Source of the DNA: Balanoglossus misakiensis
Taxonomy: Eukaryota > Animalia > Hemichordata
Reading direction: 5' to 3'
DNA length: 64,000 nucleotides
Assembly (NCBI GenBank): GCA_040954595.2
Contig: CM082589.2
Span: 4,416,213-4,480,212, forward strand
The notes under the pieces: generated by a model
What the model was told of the DNA's origin: nothing
The model's database searches: none
Seen by the model: only the letters and a program-made list of their open reading frames with translations
Made by a program: the position numbers and the translations under genes
Shown here: positions 9,728 through 24,289 of the stretch, one piece after another
Position numbering within the stretch: position 1 is the first letter of the stretch
Layout: each line of letters starts with the position of its first letter

Positions 9728-12700
9728 GCTGGATCAGATAGGGACCGCAACGGTCACCGGTGAGTCATTGCTGTAACATTCAGTTACAGGATTCAGTTCT
9801 GCAAAAAAAAATAGAAATAACATTTCAAGTATTTGCTGGTAATGTGGCGTTTCTTTCCCGTCACAAGATCTTCACTGCCGATCGGGATTAGTGGCTTTTT
9901 CTATACACACTTGACAAGCCTTACTATAACACGTTTACCGAGAGATTCACCAGATGTTGTCGGAAAACACTGTGTGCAGTCTCCTTTGACATTCAATGTA
10001 TGCCACGCTGTTGCTCACCCATCTGGCATCCAAACCAGTCACATTTGATTTATGAAAATGTCGTCCAGAAGAATATCTCTGAGTATGCTCAACGGTGACC
10101 CACTGAGTAAATGTGCATGTATGGTGACCTACGTCATAAATTGCTGCTATACCTGGCACTTGAGAACAGGCTGGAATTTTTAGATACAATATCCCCGCTT
10201 TTAGAATCCCGAGTTCTAATTATAGCGTCTCAGATGTGCTAGCACAAATTAATGTTGACGTATACCCGCTGTTTTTACACCGCTTCGTGGTGTTCTTTTT
10301 AAGCCAACATCTGTACGCATAAATATTTTGAATTTTTCTTTTCGTCATACTAAAGCCAACATCTGCACGCACGAATATCTTGAAATGTTTGTCTATGGAG
10401 AAGTCAGATATTTAACGTTTTTGCGGAATACATTCATGCATGCGCCCGAGTTTTGATTTTAACACCTGCCCGCCTCAAGTGACTATGCTAGAGGTATATA
10501 TGGAGAGTCCATGGAAATAGAAAACTCTCAAACAAACTTCAGTCGTTCACTAATATCCACCCTGAGTCAGCAAATGCAGATTTAAAGCACCGGGTACAGG
10601 TGATTGCATCACAAATGTAATTACATGTAAGTTGTAATGTGAAAACTTCGGGGTAAATCAGCGAAATAGAATTTACCGCGAGCTATGCAGTCAAAACCTG
10701 GGCAACATAATTATGTTACGAATCAAGATGATGGCAGAAACGAAGCACTGTTTTGTGGCTAAGTGGATTAGGTGCCAAGTCTATTAGTGTAAAATGGAAA
10801 ATCCCGTCACAGTTCTCAACATTCGTTCATGCCTTGGCCTTTCACGTATGAGACAAATCGAACATGCCTTTTTTTTTCGTTTGTTTCAGGCAAGTCATCA
10901 TTCAATGCATTATTTTACCTACTGCGAACAAGTTTCCTTAAAACTTTAACGACTCACAAAAGTATTACCTTATCAATCGAAATACACAGTGATATCCACG
11001 AACATATAAGAGGGGGATTTATACAGTTTTGCATAAATTGTGATTTGTAATGATGTTCTTGAAATACGCCTCGGGGTAATGTCTGGTGCAACAGAAAAAA
11101 CGCGCACAAAAATCCGCAACTGATATACATTTAACACTTAGCCGGAAACCCATTGTTTTGCAGTTACTCCGAGGGTCTACACTGTTTTTGCTAATTAAAA
11201 AACATAAGTCATCATGGCGGGGAGGGGGTAATCTATCCCACGTTGTCTGCAAATTTATTCATATTTATAGCATGTAGCTGCAGCGTTAATTCTCCGAGAA
11301 GGGAAACATGTTGCTGGAGATAATGGCGCCCCCTGCGTCACACACTGGAAGAGTCGAATCCAAGTAGCAACGACTAACCACTTCGTAGATTCGTGAACCT
11401 CTAGGGCTATTTGCTGCATTAGCACTGGGCTAAGCATATATAGACAGTACCCTACTGTCTATGGGCTGAGCAAGCGGGGTTAAACATGTCCAAATACTAA
11501 TCGTGTTGTCGAATGTAAAATCAGCAGTGTGTAAAGGTGAAACGGTTCAGGAGACGTGTCATAAGCCCCCCTCCTCCCTCAGAAACAAAGCGTGTTGCAA
11601 TCTTGCCAACAGCGGGATGAAGCTTAAGCATAGAAGGTGCCTGAAATTAAACCATCACTGGTTTTGCTTTACTGCTTAACTGCATAGAGTCGTTCTACTG
11701 CTCTTCTGAAGTAAATCCTTTTTATAACAGTTAATTGGGAAAGGGCGCACTTGGTGGCCACGCCGCCGCAGAGCCACTCGTATTATTAGATCGGAGCCTG
11801 TCACTGTGCCCCCTTGTCTCGTCGAAAGGGAATTCAGTTTACCGTACAAAATGATCTTCCGGGTAGGCAGTGTACCCTTTTATGTTCATAGCAAGTATGA
11901 CGATGGTGCCAATTCAATGAACGGTTTGCCTGATGGGAACCACCGCTGATATAACATTATTAGAATTACATGTCGTCAAAAAGTCTTTGAACTCAGCGAA
12001 GTATGGAGTATAGTTTGAAGCGATGTAAAATCGTGATTATTGAGAGCTGCTTTAGTTGTAGCGCCATGCACTGTGGAATTTTATTTATCCAAAGGTAATG
12101 CACATGTATTTGCGAGGGGAACCATGCAATTATCGACTATGACTTGGCATTTTCGGACGTATATGGAAAAAAGGCAGTCGTTGGAACGATAAACAAGGAG
12201 ACCCATTTTGAAATCATGCCACGAGTGAAACGATAACAGGCTTTGGCATCGGTGTCTGTCGATGGACGCCGAAATCTCATGCATAATAAATTATGTTATC
12301 GTAATGGATTGCCGCAGAGAGGGTCTGGGGGCCTCATAAGCGTTATCTACAGAGCTCCTGTAACCGTTCGTGATTGTGTGTGCGGCAATGTTAGATGCAA
12401 AGTGACGCGCAATGCAGTGCTCTTGTACCGAGATAGCCAAACCATTGAATGAAGTCGATAGAAAGTCGACCATATGAGATTTTCTTTCCCTCAGCTATAT
12501 AGCATAAACCTATGTCAGGTAGCAAGGTGACCCACAATGCTTCTTGATGAAAAATTCGGAACATCTTTGAAACATAACCTTGCAGTGAGTTAAACGTCAT
12601 TAAACATCAGTATAATTAGACGCTACTTATTGTGTGATTAACAACCCGCAATCCTTATAACAAGCCACAAAAGTGCGACCAATATACTGTTGAGTGTTTT

Positions 12701-15700
12701 GCTGTAATGAAAAAATTGTCCAAGGTTCCAAATGCATTGTCCATTGTGCCTGCCACAGACATGTACGCGTAACTTTCACTACATATTTAAATGTCGATCT
12801 TCATTCAGTGACCTGGCAAATGTGTCAGTGAATGATGAGATGGCCTTCGTCCAACATAATACAGGGACATTTCTGGATTGTGGTGTTGAAAGATTTAATC
12901 TCCTCTCCATCGATGAAATGCGAAGGAATTCACCTACTCGAAAGAAAGGTGACGGAAGCACTAAAATTGACGAATGACAACTGAACATCACGCGTGTACC
13001 TTATGAATGATTCCGTGCACATTTCGACCGTGGACATGTGTACAATCGACTTCCTGATCAGAAATAAAGGCTTTTCACGATCAACACTTTCCAACAAACA
13101 TCAGGGCCGTAAAACTTAATCAGATTTTGTCAGACTGCAGGCGTGACCAACAATCCAATGGCAACCACTTGTATGTTGTATTGAAGAGACTGACACCTGC
13201 ATGACCTTGCATCTCACATATCCTATTCAAATTTTGATTGTTCCTATATTTGAAAGTCCTATAGGGATACATTGAACCTTGAACCTGTGTCTTCTTTTGT
13301 CGAATGCAGTGTAATTATAAAGTGTGTCTTCCCTGCTAAAAGATAATGGTTATTGTTACAAAGTGTCTATAGTGTTGTGTGTTGTCTTGTGTGTCCAGTG
13401 TTGTTTTTATGTGTTGGTTAAAGGTTAGTTAGGAATTGCAACACGTCTACTTGTCTGAGGTGGTTAGACAGTCAGTTACACATCTTAGCATCGAACGGCT
13501 TTGACAAAATGAACTCTGCTATGACACACCACCAGTACAGTGTGAATAACTGCGCATGGACAATTCACCAGCCCAGGATTACATAATCTCTGCACTGACT
13601 TGGTCTTCATGAATCCGGAGGTGATAATTCGGGGAGAAACTAAAACAATAGACAGTGGAGAACAGCGGACAATCATTCTGAATAAATTATTGTAGCAAAT
13701 ATGTACAGCAATGCATCTGGAAGGTGGTATAAAAGGCTGCGTGCCCGTGTTTGAGGGAAGAGACTGACATGACAGCCAGCGGTAGCACTGAGGCTCTGTG
13801 TGTGTAACCCTACCAGAATCTGACTGCCAGGCCTGTTTGGCGAAACTACAACGGTGACGGAGTTTTCCACCAAGTGTGATACGAGACATCCTGTGCGGCC
13901 ACGGAACGACCACTTCTCGACGAAACTGGAACGACTGATATATTCTGCGACCCATTTCCCGGAACATTGTCACTACTGAACTCACTGAACTCAACAATCT
14001 TTCTTAGCAAGGGTAGGACAACCGTTCGATAACCACCTGTTAATATCTTTTGTCATGTTTGTACCGTTTCATGTCTTTGTGTTTTGTGTAATATTTCTTT
14101 ACTGTGTATACAGTCCACTTGTATTTTGTCTATAGTGGCTGTCCCTGTACAATTTATTGGATCCATCGATACAATTCTGCAAGTTGAATAAATAGTCTAT
14201 GCATAAACGTAATAAAGTATCTGAGTTTTACGATTCCCGTAGTAAGGGGTTACTGCAAATGCATGGTCGCTGGGAGTTTCTAACGTTAAGTGTGACAGCT
14301 GCTGAATTCGTTTACTGAAGCCTGAAAGCTCGCGAAAAAGTGCTCGTACTTTTCTTTCCGCTTCATAGTAATTGTAAGTCAAACGCTGCAATTACAATAG
14401 TAGATTTCTGTTCCTTCGAGCGGTCGTCGAACATCCGGGCATGTTAAGTTCAGATATTAGCATGACAAAAGACAAGAATGATTGTCCACTGTTTTATGTA
14501 TTTATTTATTCGTTTTTGAGGAACTTGCTTGACATTTAGACCCCCCCCCGCCAGATTACAACTTATCAACAGACATGGTGTCTGTTAAACGTGTGCAAGG
14601 GGTACAGTTGCTAGAGTTTTCTAATCTTGATAATTCAGGGCACGCTAGGGAATCTTTGCTGCATTGGAAATGACTCCCTAGTTTTGTATTTTCCGCCTAA
14701 AAAGTTACCATGCACGCATATATGCTTTGTATCCAAGGACCCTAAGGAAAGGTTTCTTGTTTCCTAATCTTTCTGTGTAAAATATGAGTTCTTTACGATT
14801 TTCATTATTTAAATACTGTTTTAACCGTCAATCTATTTTCAGCCACTTTAAGTCTGAGAGCCTACCACCCCCGCGGTCTTATATTTGTTTTGAAGGTCAT
14901 GAACTGAGAGCGGCCATGAAGAAAAAAGTACAAACTTCGTGCATTTCTTGCAGCATGTCACGACTAGTGCAGATCCTGGCATTAATGATGCAACTTCCCG
15001 CTAATGACGAAGGAAGCCTGCTCGACAATACTCCTTGCTCGGTCATAGACCCCACGGGTTATCATAACTCACCGCGACTATCTACAATTGTGCAGGCAGG
15101 AGAAGAGATAACCAGCCCCGGATTAGCCATTCTGAGTGCATGCTTCAAAATTTATCGATTACTGCCTTAGTCGGATGACACGTTAATTCACCGATGCCAA
15201 ATAACTAGTGAAACTGATATTGCCCCCAATTAGGATAATCATTTGCCACAATATATTTAAGTTTCTTCGACACTTCAGAAATGACCAAGACAGGTTGCCT
15301 GCTGTTTTTACAACATTAATTTTCTCAATAGCAGACGTAGTTTGGAAGGCAGCCCCTAATCAAAGGTAATGGGCGATAAATTTACAGCCAACGTTGATTG
15401 TTTAATGTTTCACACGGGCATGTCTAGACTTTATTAATTTGAACCAATAGACTAGGTCATCGAGAATGGTGTGATATTGTGAATACATATACCTAAGCTG
15501 TGTTCAAAAGCGTGGGTTACAATGAATGACCGACGGATTGTAGATTTCTGTACAAGCATGATGGTGACCGAAACGCCATTCCCCCTGACATTATTCTGCA
15601 ATAATGAGTTTCTTCAGTGACTGTTGACTTTGTTCACTATACAATCTGCAGAAGGTTGTTATTTCAGTTTCCCCGTGGTGCTTACGGATGGTAAGGAAAG

Positions 15701-18700
15701 TTGCTCAGAACAAATTATGTCAAGTTAGCTGAAGGAGGAAAAGCTTACACAAGGCATGTGACGTCACTCAATAGTATTCTAAGCACAAAGAACCCCGGGA
15801 GTTTGACGACAGCGGCTTTCAGCGATCGGCACGACGGATAGACATCGCAATTGCTCTCGACAGTGGGAACTCTCGCTGCTCATAAGGTCAACCTAATGTT
15901 ATTAAGGCTATAGTGTAAAGGACGCAAGCCTGATAAATCGGCATTTAAGTTCATTTACAAGCCACGGGGACAAACTCACAGGGGTGCAATCATTCTGCCA
16001 AAAACACGACAGCACTTGAGTAAACAAAAGTAGTCAGTCGGGATACTGTGTTAATGTATTCATGACCTTGATCGATCAATCCGTCGACGGCAGTGTTTAA
16101 ACAACATTAATCTAACACAAAAACACTCACCCTTACCCAGAAGTACAGTAAATTTTAACGGCAGCAAATGTTCACATATGCATTTGTAATATTTATACCA
16201 CCTAGGCTTCTTCTATGTAGAAAGAAAATTTTGACAAAAATATCATTTTAATTTGCAAGAATAATCGGGTCTCTCGCAGTTTTTTAATGTTCACAATACC
16301 CTACAGGCTACACTATGTTCAATACGTTGCTAAATTTGATCAAATTCAGTTGGTGCAACGCTTGAAATAGCTGAGTTAAATCTTTTACGGTATTTAATTC
16401 TATTTTAAGGACATTTTGATTGACACGTTTATAGCCTTGACAAAGAAGTGTATCAACATGTGTTTTCTATTTTAAAGAACACGAATCAATGAGTGGCTGT
16501 AACAGATCGCTTTCTGAATTAGACGAGAACAAAAAAATGCATGGTGTTTAACTGAGATCGCTTGGGTATTGAGTTGTGTCGGAAAGATAGGTGTGGGTGT
16601 GACACATGTTATGAATGAAAGAGAATCGTTTCATCAAATCCAACAGACGTCACTGTGCACTGGTATCTGCTTCTGATATCACGCCACCCACCCTTATGAA
16701 AAGGCAGACTGCCGAGTTTCACTAAATGACAACAAAGTTCAATTCCAAGAGTGTTATGTCGTCAATGCACCTTCACGAGGAAGACTTCGTGCCCTGACGC
16801 TTGAATGGTCATAGCTGTCGTTTCAAAGTGTACGACTGTTGCGACGGTGACCTCAGTGATGCGATGGCGATACTCCGTCACTCAATTCGATTTACAGACG
16901 TCAGTAGGGGGCTTTATGTATTCGCCGCATAAAACTTTAAGGCATTACTGACGTCGTAAAAAAACACGTTTTATTGCACAGGGGAATATGCTTCTGACCA
17001 CCGTGAAGAAGCATGTATGGTCATTCCAATGAGATGCGCACGGTTAAATCCAGCACATGTTGCAATGAAACTGGTCTAAGCTACGCAAAAAAGAAGGTCA
17101 TCGATTTTGTTCAATCAACAGAGCAAAAAAGAACCACTTTCTCTGCTTGTCCCATTCTAGGCGAAAATGAAACCCGCGTGTGGTCTACACCGCAATGGAT
17201 GCTTCAGCGATAAAGTGTTCCACCTTAAACAAAACAAAACACAACCCTATCATTTCTCTCGTGTCAACAGGTTTCTGACACACCTATAACTACTATTTGG
17301 GTGAGTGAGGGTGGGGCTATGGTATTTCACAAAGCTCAATTTAAAAGGCTGAATACATGGCCTATATATGATTGTATACGCACAAAACGACCACTCTATT
17401 CTGTATCCGTACAATTGTACTCTTCGACAGTTGGCCGTATGGTTACTATCGAGGTGGGGGGGGGGGGGATGCTCACACCTGTAAATATATTTATAACGGC
17501 ACCGGAATGGTTCGGGCGTTATTTTAACGATTGATCCCAGAAATGAGAACGAGAAACCAAAATAGCCTATACAAGCAACCGTATTGGACCTGGTGTGCAA
17601 AATCACATATATTTGAGCGATACTACTTTACCTTATGTCGACTTTGAGAGGAATATTCCTGACATGTCTGAGTTGACTTTTAAATGATCGTGGCACCGAC
17701 GAACATACACATTTTAATCGACAAGTCCCCCTGTTGTGAAAACTAGTACATCGCAGGTCAATTATCATTATTTGATGGACGAGCCTTTTAAAGTTCTTAT
17801 AATAGACGTACCTGTGTTTAGTAATCAGATGTAGATGGCGATTTAATGCAGGGTATTTAAAACATAAAATAGTCTCATTAAGAGGAATCGTGATCAAATG
17901 AAGTCGGAGTGTGTCTATCCATGCTGTAAAGCCTAGTACTTCAACAAGTGTTTCACTTAGTGACCACTCAACCTCTCCATCTATTTCCCCCAGGAGACAA
18001 TTACAGCGTCGTGGAACAATAAGTGAACATGACATCAGCAATAATGTTTGTGCACTATTTATTATTTACAATCACTTAGAACTAGAAGGACGATTTTCTG
18101 TTGCTCTACATTCGTCGTGTTGCAGTTAATGTGTTTTGAAAATTTCTATTTCGGACTAATTGATTTATTTTTGTGAATCTGATAACGTTTCCAATACTGG
18201 TGATCTGCAGGACGCACTTTGCACGAGCTAAATGTTCATGATATGAACATGGTCCGACTATTCTCAAAATTTGCTGAGAAATTACATTTAACAGAGTATG
18301 TTAAGTTATAGTGGATGGATTTTACAGCTAAAAGTTCACCTGTACTTTATAACCTTCACCATGGCTTTCCAGTGTGTAAGCAGAAAGTTCAAATCACATA
18401 TCATAAACGGTGAGTCACGGAGAACCATTTAACCTTTATATGTTGTGTATGGTTTTCTGCTGTTCGTGTGTGTTTACGTCTGCAATTGGACCGCAGGCAG
18501 GAATTTGCGAAGTTGGTCTAATGTCGACATATAGCCTATATAAATGAGCTGTTTACGGTTCTTCATCTTTGTTCCTGACGCGAAGGAAACGTGACTTTGT
18601 GCAGAAAGCGTTGAGTGTGATACTGTGCCAGGAAAAAAGAGTCTGTCATGGCCCGCGGGAAAAGCTTATGCATTTGTAAGCTATGTTGGTAATGTCATAT

Positions 18701-18827
18701 TTTGATGATTTTCATGAGCTGTAACTCATGTTTTTTTCAAAAAATGAAGAGATTTTGAAAATTCGCAAACTCGGAAAATCGTAATTTTTTGATGATTTTC
18801 ATGAGTTATAACCCATGTTTTTTTTCT

Positions 18828-21800
18828 CAATTTTTCGACTTTGCGAAATATCAAAATTTCTTCACTTTTTTGAAAAAACCATGGGTTATAGCTCATGAAA
18901 ATCATCCAAAATTGACAATTTTTCGACTTTGCGAAATATCAAAATTTCTTCACTTTTTTGAAAAAACCATGGGTTATAGCTCATGAAAATCATCCAAAAA
19001 TGACTATTTTTCGACTTTGCGAAATATCAAAATTTCTTCACTTTTTTGAAAAAAACATGGGTTATAGCTCATGAAAATCATCCAAAAATGACAATTTTTC
19101 GACTTTGCGAAATATCAAAATTTCTTCACTTTTTTGAAAAAAACATGGGTTATAGCTCATGAAAATCATCCAAAATTGACAATTTTTCGACTTTGCGAAA
19201 TATCAAAATTTCTTCACTTTTTTGAAAAAACCATGGGTTATAGCTCATGAAAATCATCCAAAATTGACAGTTTTTCGACTTTGCGAAATATCAAAATTTC
19301 TTCACTTTTTTGAAAAAACCATGGGTTATAGCTCATGAAAATCATCCAAAATTGACAGTTTTTCGACTTTGCGAAATATCAAAATTTCTTCACTTTTTTG
19401 AAAAAAACATGGGTTATAGCTCATGAAAATCATCCAAAATTGACAATTTTTCGACTTTGCGAAATATCAAAATTTCTTCACTTTTTTGAAATAACCATGG
19501 GTTATAGCTCATGAAAATCATCCAAAAATGACAATTTTTCGACTTTGCGAAATATCAAAATTTCTTCACTTTTTTGAAAAAACCATGGGTTATAGCTCAT
19601 GAAAATCATCCAAAATTGACAATTTTTCGACTTTGCGAAATATCAAAATTTCTTCACTTTTTTGAAAAAACCATGGGTTATAGCTCATGAAAATCATCCA
19701 AAATTGACAATTTTTCGACTTTGCGAAATATCAAAATTTCTTCACTTTTTTGAAAAAACCATGGGTTATAGCTCATGAAAATCATCCAAAAATGACAATT
19801 TTTCGACTTTGCGAAATATCAACATTTCTTCACTTTTTTGAAAAAACCATGGGTTATAGCTCATGAAAATCGTCCAAAAATGACAATTTTTCGACTTTGC
19901 GAAATATAAATTTTTTTTCACTTTTTTGAAAAAACCATGGGTTATAGCTCATGAAAATCATCCAAAAATGACAATTTTTCGACTTTGCGAAATATCAAAA
20001 TTTCTTTACTTTTTCGAAAAAAACATGGGTTATAGCTCATGAAAATCATCCAAAATTGACTATTTTTCGACTTTGCGAAATATCAAAATTTCTTCACTTT
20101 TTTGAAAAAACCATGGGTTATAGCTCATGAAAATCATCCAAAATTGACAATTTCTTGACTTTGCGAAATATCAAAATTTCTTCACTTTTTTGAAAAAACC
20201 ATGGGTTATAGCTCATGAAAATCATCCAAAATTGACAATTTTTCGACTTTGCGAAATATCAAAATTTCTTCACTTTTTTGAAAAAAACATGGGTTATAGC
20301 TCATGAAAATCATCCAAAAATGACAATTTTTCGACTTTGCGAAATATCAAAATTTCTTCACTTTTTTGAAAAAACCATGGGTTATAGCTCATGAAAATCA
20401 TCCAAAAATGACAATTTTTCGATTTTGCGAAATATCAAAATTTCTTCACTTTTTTGAAAAAACCATGGGTTATAGCTCATGAAAATATTCCAAAAATGAC
20501 AATTTTTCGACTTTGCGAAATATCAAAATTTCTTCACTTTTTTGAAAAAACCATGGGTTATAGCTCATAAAAATCATCCAAAAATGACTATTTTTAGACT
20601 TTGCGAAATATCAAAATTTCTTCACTTTTTAAAAAAAAACCATGGGTTTTAGCTCATGAAAATTATCCAAAAATGACAATTTTTCGACTTTGCGAAATAT
20701 CAAAATTTCTTCACTTTTTAAAAAAAAACCATGGGTTATAGCTCATGAAAATCATCCAAAAATGACAATTTTTCGACTTTGCGAAATATCAAAATTTCTT
20801 CACTTTTTTGAAAAAACCATGGGTTATAGCTCATGAAAATCATCCAAAAATGACAATTTTTCGACTTTGCGAAATATCAAAATTTCTTCACTTTTTTGAA
20901 AAAACCATGGGTTATAGCTCATGAAAATCATCCAAAAATGACAATTTTTCGACTTTGCGAAATATCAAAATTTCTTCACTTTTTTGAAAAAACCATGGGT
21001 TATAGCTCATGAAAATCATCCAAAATTGACAGTTTTTCGACTTTGCGAAATATCAAAATTTCTTCACTTTTTTAAAAAAAAACCATGGGTTATAGCTCAT
21101 GAAAATCATCCAAAATTGACAGTTTTTCGACTTGCGAAATATCAACATTTCTTCACTTTTTTGAAAAAACCATGGGTTATAGCTCATGAAAATCATCCAA
21201 AATTGACAATTTTTCGACTTTGCGAAATATCAAAATTTCTTCACTTTTTTGAAATAACCATGGGTTATAGCTCATGAAAATCATCCAAAAATGACAATTT
21301 TTCGACTTTGCGAAATATCAAAATTTCTTCACTTTTTTGAAAAAACCATGGGTTATAGCTCATGAAAATCATCCAAAATTGACAATTTTTCGACTTTGCG
21401 AAATATCAAAATTTCTTCACTTTTTTGAAAAAACCATGGGTTATAGCTCATGAAAATCATCCAAAATTGACAATTTTTCGACTTTGCGAAATATCAAAAT
21501 TTCTTCACTTTTTTTAAATAACCATGGGTTATAGCTCATGAAAATCATCCAAAAATGACAATTTTTCGACTTTGCGAAATATCAAAATTTCTTCACTTTT
21601 TTGAAAAAACCATGGGTTATAGCTCATGAAAATCATCCAAAATTGACAATTTTTCGACTTTGCGAAATATCAAAATTTCTTCACTTTTTTGAAAAAACCA
21701 TGGGTTATAGCTCATGAAAATCATCCAAAATTGACAGTTTTTCGACTTTGCGAAATATCAAAATTTCTTCACTTTTTTAAAAAAAACATGGGTTATAGCT

Positions 21801-24289
21801 CATGAAAATCATCCAAAATTGACAATTTTTCGACTTTGCGAAATATCAAAATTTCTTCACTTTTTTGAAATAACCATGGGTTATAGCTCATGAAAATCAT
21901 CCAAAAATGACAATTTTTCGACTTTGCGAAATATCAAAATTTCTTCACTTTTTTGAAAAAACCATGGGTTATAGCTCATGAAAATCATCCAAAATTGACA
22001 ATTTTTCGACTTTGCGTAATATCAAAATTTCTTCACTTTTTTGAAAAAACCATGGGTTATAGCTCATGAAAATCATCCAAAATTGACAATTTTTCGACTT
22101 TGCGAAATATCAAAATTTCTTCACTTTTTTGAAAAAACCATGGGTTATAGCTCATGAAAATCATCCAAAAATGACAATTTTTCGACTTTGCGAAATATCA
22201 ACATTTCTTCACTTTTTTTGAAAAAACCATGGGTTATAGCTCATGAAAATCGCCAAAAATGACAATTTTTCGACTTTGCGAAATATAAATTTTTTTTCAC
22301 TTTTTTGAAAAAACCATGGGTTATAGCTCATGAAAATCATCCAAAAATGACAATTTTTCGACTTTGCGAAATATCAAAATTTCTTTACTTTTTCGAAAAA
22401 AACATGGGTTATAGCTCAAGAAAATCATCCAAAATTGACTATTTTTCGACTTTGCGAAATATCAAAATTTCTTCACTTTTTTGAAAAAACCATGGGTTAT
22501 AGCTCATGAAAATCATCCAAAATTGACTATTTCTTGACTTTGCGAAATATCAAAATTTCTTCACTTTTTTGAAATAACCATGGGTTATAGCTCATGAAAA
22601 TCATCCAAAAATGACAATTTTTCGACTTTGCGAAATATCAAAATTTCTTCACTTTTTTGAAAAAACCATGGGTTATAGCTCATGAAAATCATCCAAAATT
22701 GACAATTTTTCGACTTTGCGAAATATCAAAATTTCTTCACTTTTTTGAAAAAACCATGGGTTATAGCTCATGAAAATCATCCAAAATTGACAATTTTTCG
22801 ACTTTGCGAAATATCAAAATTTCTTCACTTTTTTGAAAAAACCATGGGTTATAGCTCATGAAAATCATCCAAAAATGACAATTTTTCGACTTTGCGAAAT
22901 ATCAACATTTCTTCACTTTTTTGAAAAAACCATGGGTTATAGCTCATGAAAATCATCCAAAAATGACAATTTTTCGACTTTGCGAAATATCAAAATTTCT
23001 TCACTTTTTTGAAAAAACCATGGGTTATAGCTCATGAAAATCATCCAATAATGACAATTTTTCGACTTTGCGAAATATCAAAATTTCTTCACTTTTTTGA
23101 AAAAACCATGGGTTATAGCTCATGAAAATCATCCAAAAATGACAATTATTCGACTTTGCGAAATATCAAAATTTCTTCACTTTTTTAAAAAAAAACATGG
23201 GTTATAGCTCATGAAAATCATCCAAAAATGACAATTTTTCGACTTTGCGAAATATCAAAATTTCTTCACTTTTTAAAAAAAACCATGGGTTATAGCTCAT
23301 GAAAATCATCCAAAAATGACAATTTTTCGACTTTGCGAAATATCAAAATTTCTTCACTTTTTTGAAAAAACCATGGGTTATAGCTCATGAAAATCTTCCA
23401 AAAATGACAATTTTTCGACTTTGCGAAATATCAAAATTTCTTCACTTTTTTGAAAAAACCATGGGTTATAGCTTATGAAAATCATCCAAAAATGACAATT
23501 TTTCGACTTTGCGAAATATCAAAATTTTTTCTCTTTTTTGAAAAAACCATGGGTTATAGCTCATGAAAATCATCCAAAAATGACAATTATTCGACTTTGC
23601 GAAATATCAAAATTTCTTCACTTTTTAAAAAAAACCATGGGTTATAGCTCATGAAAATCATCCAAAAATGACAATTTTTCGACTTTGCGAAATATCAAAA
23701 TTTCTTCACTTTTTAAAAAAAACCATGGGTTATAGCTCATGAAAATCATCCAAAAATGACAATTTTTCGACTTTGCGAAATATCAAAATTTCTTCACTTT
23801 TTTGAAAAAACCATGGGTTATAGCTCATGAAAATCATCCAAAAATGACAATTTTTCGACTTTGCGAAATATCAAAATTTCTTCACTTTTTAAAAAAAACC
23901 ATGGGTTATAGCTCATGAAAATCATCCAAAAATGACAATTTTTCGACTTTGCGAAATATCAAAATTTCTTCACTTTTTTGAAAAAACCATGGGTTATAGC
24001 TCATGAAAATCTTCCAAAAATGACAATTTTTCGACTTTGCGAAATATCAAAATTTCTTCACTTTTTTGAAAAAACCATGGGTTATAGCTCATGAAAATCT
24101 TCCAAAAATGACAATTTTTCGACTTTGCGAAATATCAAAATTTCTTCACTTTTTTGAAAAAATCATGGGTTATAGCTCATGAAAATCATCCAAAAATGAC
24201 AATTTTTCGACTTTGCGAAATATCAAAATTTCTTCACTTTTTTGAAAAAAACATGGGTTATAGCTCATGAAAATCATCCAAAAATGACA
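18828..24289 (-). repeat. Inverted satellite block (~62 monomers, reads CCATGGGTTATAGCTCATG on +)
   Basis: Monomers are the reverse complement of those at 18694-18826 and 24290-35000; orientation switches are sharp at ~18827 and ~24290. Confidence 0.97.

Noticed and set aside
10300-10386. ~33-bp imperfect direct repeat (AAGCCAACATCTG..) at 52-bp offset
   Set aside because: Ordinary local duplication with no further structure.
12732-12977. Exon-like ORF (…DLANVSVNDEMAFVQ…)
   Set aside because: No homology recognised and no partner exons.
13270-14200. 170-aa ORF 13485..13997 and nearby TTGAACC tandem / AATAAA, suggesting a retroelement remnant
   Set aside because: No diagnostic RT, endonuclease or recombinase motif recognised; cannot be supported without a repeat-library search.
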